From Eledone cirrhosa (lineage: Eukaryota), in assembly GCA_964016885.1 (NCBI GenBank), contig OZ024742.1:281418001-281482000 (forward strand): DNA of 64,000 bases, written 5' to 3'. Position numbers and translations under genes: made by a program. Below, piece after piece: positions 56,524 to 64,000 of the stretch. Each line of letters starts with the position of its first letter. Positions within the stretch are counted from its first letter, which is position 1. The notes under the pieces are model-generated. The model did not search any database. It saw only the letters and a program-made list of their open reading frames with translations, and was not told the DNA's origin.

Positions 56524-57725
56524 CCTTCGACCGCCCCCCTCCCCCCACACATATCCCCCACTAACACCACTAACACACTCCTCCTTTTCACCGCCCACCC
56601 CACAACTAACAATACTAACACTTCCACCCCACATCCGACCACCCTTCCCCAACTAACATACTAACATCCCTCCCTTCTTCTCCTCCCCCCTCCTTATCAC
56701 ACGCACACACCCACCGGTACATATATACACGCACTCACACTAAACACACACCCTACTACCACCACTAACCCTCACCCCCAAATATCCACCCCACCATCCC
56801 GCAACTAACATCACTAACACCCCCAACCCTACGCACACGAACATCCACACTCTCTTACACCACCCACTCTACACACCCTACCACCACTGACCCCCACTCA
56901 CCCGCATTCAACCCTTTCTCCACCTCCAGTATACTAACACCCACTAACACCCCCTTCACCACACACACACTCATCCAAACACGCACACACACACCAGTAC
57001 ACTACATTCCCTCCATCGGCCCCACACCCTTCTCTCCCCGCTCCACCCACACCCTTTCTCAAACACACACACATCCCACTAACACCTCTACTAATACACA
57101 CACACCCTCCTCACTCCAACTTTCACACCTACCCATCCTCTCCCCTGTCCACCGCACCTCCGCACACACTGACACACCGACTTTCTTCACTTACCATTCT
57201 ACCCTACTGCTTCTATGCCTCTCTGACCACCTCCCCGCACACACAGACACACAACCCTCCTCCTGCCTTGACCCTCTGACCACTTCCTGTTGCGCGCGCA
57301 CCCCACATCTCCCCTCTTCCGACCAATCTCTTCACGGATTACACATATGTGAACCTTGATCCCGAGAATCTATCGCATCCCAAGGATTTTACTCAGCATT
57401 CCACCACATCCTTTTACGGAATTACCTTTACGACTCACCCCCGGACATGCACCTCAAAAAATGTTTTTCCCCACATGCCACCTACATCCATAACACGCAT
57501 AAACACCACACACACACGTGCGTACCACCACATATTTACACATTCAGCCTCCGGAAACCTCTCCCCCAACCCCTCTATCCACACACGCACACACACTCCG
57601 AGCTACACCCCACCCCACATACACCTCTTCCTGAACATGCAACCCCGTTCTTCCCCCAACCCTTGCTTTCACATACACACACAGAGAGACACGTACACCT
57701 ACACACACACACCACCTTCAGCCCT
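56524..57725 (+). other. C/A-rich 3' UTR of the PLE with clustered ACTAAC motifs
   Basis: 12 ACTAAC motifs between 56560 and 57083, mostly in pairs. Confidence 0.7.
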
Positions 57726-57800
57726 GTGAGAGAAAGAGGGAGAGGGAGTGAGGGAGAGATAAAGAGAGAGAGTGAGAGAGACTGAGAGATAGAGACAGTG

Positions 57801-57884
<84 letters not shown>

Positions 57885-58220
57885 GTTTGTGTGCGGGTGT
57901 AATGAAAAATAAGTTTATATGCACCAAGCGCTTTAACAGGAGTCTGTACAAAGCGTATAGGGAAATGTTTATGGCAATTTTATTAAGAGATACTTCGAAA
58001 TTTCGCCTGGTCTGTGGTTTATTCATACTGGTTGAGTAAGTCATATACTCCGTGAAACTTAAAAGTCACTGACAATAAAAAAAATAATATAAATATAACA
58101 TAATATAATATATATATATTTATATATACATGTGTGTGTATGTGTATGTGTGTGAGTGTGTGTATGTGTGCATACATACATATACAATTACACACACACA
58201 CAATCACACACATATATATA

Positions 58221-58309
<89 letters not shown>

Positions 58310-58920
58310 GGAGAGAAGCGGTAGAATAAAAGAAACGTATATATACATAGATATAGGCATATAGATAGATATAAATATATACACACATACATACATACAT
58401 ACATACATACATACATACATACATACATACATACATACATACATACATACATGCATACATATTTACATATATACATACATACATATATACATACATACTT
58501 CCATACATACATATATACATATATACATACATATATACATACATATATACATACATTTATACTCCTCATATATAAATACAAAGATAAGACTTTTCCTTTT
58601 ATATAGAAAGCGGGGGTCAGATCTTACGAGGTTCCGTCATAAGTGCTTCTTAAGTGTATCAAGTTTAAGGGGGAATAGCGAGGACCCTGTTTCATAAATG
58701 CCCATAAAAACTGTGTGATAAATAAACAGCAATGCCAACTTATCTCACGACTATAAAATATTTATCAGCTATTGCCATCAACCATAGTGTTGACACTTCA
58801 TAGAACAGCAAAACGCTTTTTCTACTATCCATCCCCCACTTTTCACCACACAATATCCACACACACACATACGCACATACACACGCACACACACACACAC
58901 ACATACGTAGATACGCACAT

Positions 58921-58954
<34 letters not shown>

Positions 58955-59744
58955 GCAGTCCAGCATTCTCTCCTATTCACGCACATATCAGCTCTGTTTA
59001 ATTTTTTCCCTCTTTCACATTAGTCGATTCATCATTTTATATTTTTATTCATTTATTTATTTTATTGTTTTAATTATTTGTTTATCTATTTGTTTATTCA
59101 TTATTATATTCCTTTAATTCTTTCCTATTTTATTTTTCAGATTGAGTACGGCAGTCGTTGTTGTCGTTTAACATAGAGTAACTCCTGATACTAACGGTTT
59201 ATGCTCATTTTCATTAGTTATAATCAACTCATCACGTTGCTTTATGTTTAGTATATGCACAATTGTTCATTTCACTTTTTAATTTGTGTTACTTCTATTT
59301 TCAGTTTTATATGTTTGTTTCTTTTCCTTTTCCTACTATCTTGAGTAAATAACTGTTAAAACAAAATTATTTGATGTGGTTGTTAGGCATGTTTAAATGT
59401 TATCGATAGTGTAAAAATACGCAGACATGTACACCAAGTTCGAACACAGAGGAGCCGAAAGCTCACTATCATCGCCTCCGTCTCTCTCGCTCTCTCCGTC
59501 TCTCACTATCATCAGCAAATGGCGGTGGATTGGCAGTATCGGTAGAGGGTCGGACGCCATGCTTTGCAGCATAGTGTTACGGCCCTTTGTGATCTGCGAT
59601 CAAATCCTACCGTGGTTAATTTTGTCGTTCATCCTTATGGGGTCGATAAAATAAAGTACCAGTCACGTACTGATTCGATTTAACCGACTTTCACCTCCCC
59701 CAAAATTGCTGGCCTTGTGCCTATATAAGAAACCACTATTATGA

Positions 59745-59880
59745 GTAAATGGGGTCCCACGCGCTGGCCGCCCCTCGGCCTCGTCGATCATAGAGAAGGC
59801 GTTTCCCCGCAGGATGGTGAGGGAGATTCGCTGGAAGAGCCATTTCCGCTCGTGAGGCTTGCAGCTGCGGCTAGCCAATC
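59745..59880 (-). pseudogene. CRE-like non-LTR retrotransposon C-terminal fragment
   Basis: WLFQRISLTILRGNA motif in ORF 59663-59878. Confidence 0.6.
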
Positions 59881-60303
59881 ATTTTTCAATTTGATAACAG
59901 GTATATTCTTAATTAGGTATATGGTTGTAAAAATTCCAGTAAGGACCATCCATCCCCTTGCTGTTTTTGGTAATTTGTTTGTACATAAAAGACATAATTC
60001 AACAAAGTATTATTTTATGTATTAAGAGTGATTATGAAAAGAGTTCTACCATGTCTTTTACTAGTAAGTGCATTAATATTCAAAAACCAAAGTCATTGAA
60101 GCTGCCGTACTACCATCTAGCCCAGTTATGTTCAGCCATTTATTCTCCAATCATGGCCATCTAAATAATAAAAAACGTGTGGCGGCTCATCAGTACCTTT
60201 TTATCTTGTTATATTTTATTTTTAAATGCGAGTATAAAAATATCTTTTTGAAGAATTTTTATTTGGAGCTATAAAAAAGATGGCAAGAAATTCTCATCCT
60301 ATT

Positions 60304-60410
<107 letters not shown>

Positions 60411-60411
60411 G

Positions 60412-60480
<69 letters not shown>

Positions 60481-60498
60481 GTATATATATATATATAA

Positions 60499-60531
<33 letters not shown>

Positions 60532-60533
60532 TG

Positions 60534-60573
<40 letters not shown>

Positions 60574-60596
60574 CATATATATATATACACACATAT

Positions 60597-60627
<31 letters not shown>

Positions 60628-60681
60628 CATACATTTTTATTTGGAGCTATAAAAAAAATGGCAAGAAATTCTCATCCTATT

Positions 60682-60713
<32 letters not shown>

Positions 60714-60729
60714 AATATATATATATATA

Positions 60730-63326
<2,597 letters not shown>

Positions 63327-63331
63327 GTATG

Positions 63332-63375
<44 letters not shown>

Positions 63376-63386
63376 TATATATATAT

Positions 63387-63512
<126 letters not shown>

Positions 63513-63692
63513 ATGATATAAATAAATGGAAGCTATATTTATAAAACCATATTTATTCTATTATATATAATTCAATATCATTGATATTATACTCCAGAAA
63601 AGTTGTCGAGTGCTTCGAATCTGTTATAAATATACTTGTTGAATTACCAACAAATTAAATATCCCTTTGCTTATATACATATCTATACATAT

Positions 63693-63745
<53 letters not shown>

Positions 63746-63756
63746 TATATATATAT

Positions 63757-63896
63757 AGGAGTAAGAAAGACCCCGTCTAAACGGCTTGAGCTCTGCCGTC
63801 GGGGTCTTACTTACTCCTATTACCCACTCTACTACCCTAAGTATTGAGTACTTTGGTGCGTTATGGTCCACCTGGTTCCTTACCACTTTTCCCTCG

Positions 63897-63898
<2 letters not shown>
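63757..63898 (+). mobile_element. Family B terminus with a short inverted arm in (TA)n
   Basis: AGGAGTAAG..GACCCCG / CGGGGTC..CTTACTCCT followed by the family B tail. Confidence 0.8.
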
Positions 63899-63961
<63 letters not shown>

Positions 63962-64000
63962 CATGTATATGATGCGTTATGTCCTTGAGAAAGACACTTT

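Overview
This is eukaryotic (metazoan), AT-rich, microsatellite-saturated DNA. I found no host gene that I can support. The repeat landscape of tRNA-SINEs, RTE LINEs and (TA)n/(CA)n/(CATA)n tracts resembles an octopus/cephalopod genome, which is inference. Nearly all ORFs in the supplied track are microsatellite artefacts. The real coding remnants are retroelements: two 5'-truncated Penelope-like elements (PLEs; RT plus Cys-linker plus GIY-YIG, Neptune-like) at 55366-56523(+) and 61755-63050(-), further PLE fragments, an RTE LINE with three C2H2 fingers next to an array of non-autonomous derivatives, a CR1-group LINE, and decayed RTE, RLE-type, L1/Tx1 and CRE remnants. The main signal is non-coding. 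Reading by eye gives roughly 20 intact or degenerate type-I hammerhead ribozyme (HHR) motifs from several families, most with a self-complementary stem III and several with a covariant U3-A8 core. They sit in fold-back or tandem units inserted into (TA)n tracts. The best candidate for a new system is a 591-bp, ~2.4-copy, apparently identical tandem (24041-25445) with one U3-A8 hammerhead per full unit, which looks like a retrozyme copied by rolling-circle reverse transcription of a circular RNA. All RNA structures were folded by eye and none is experimentally tested.
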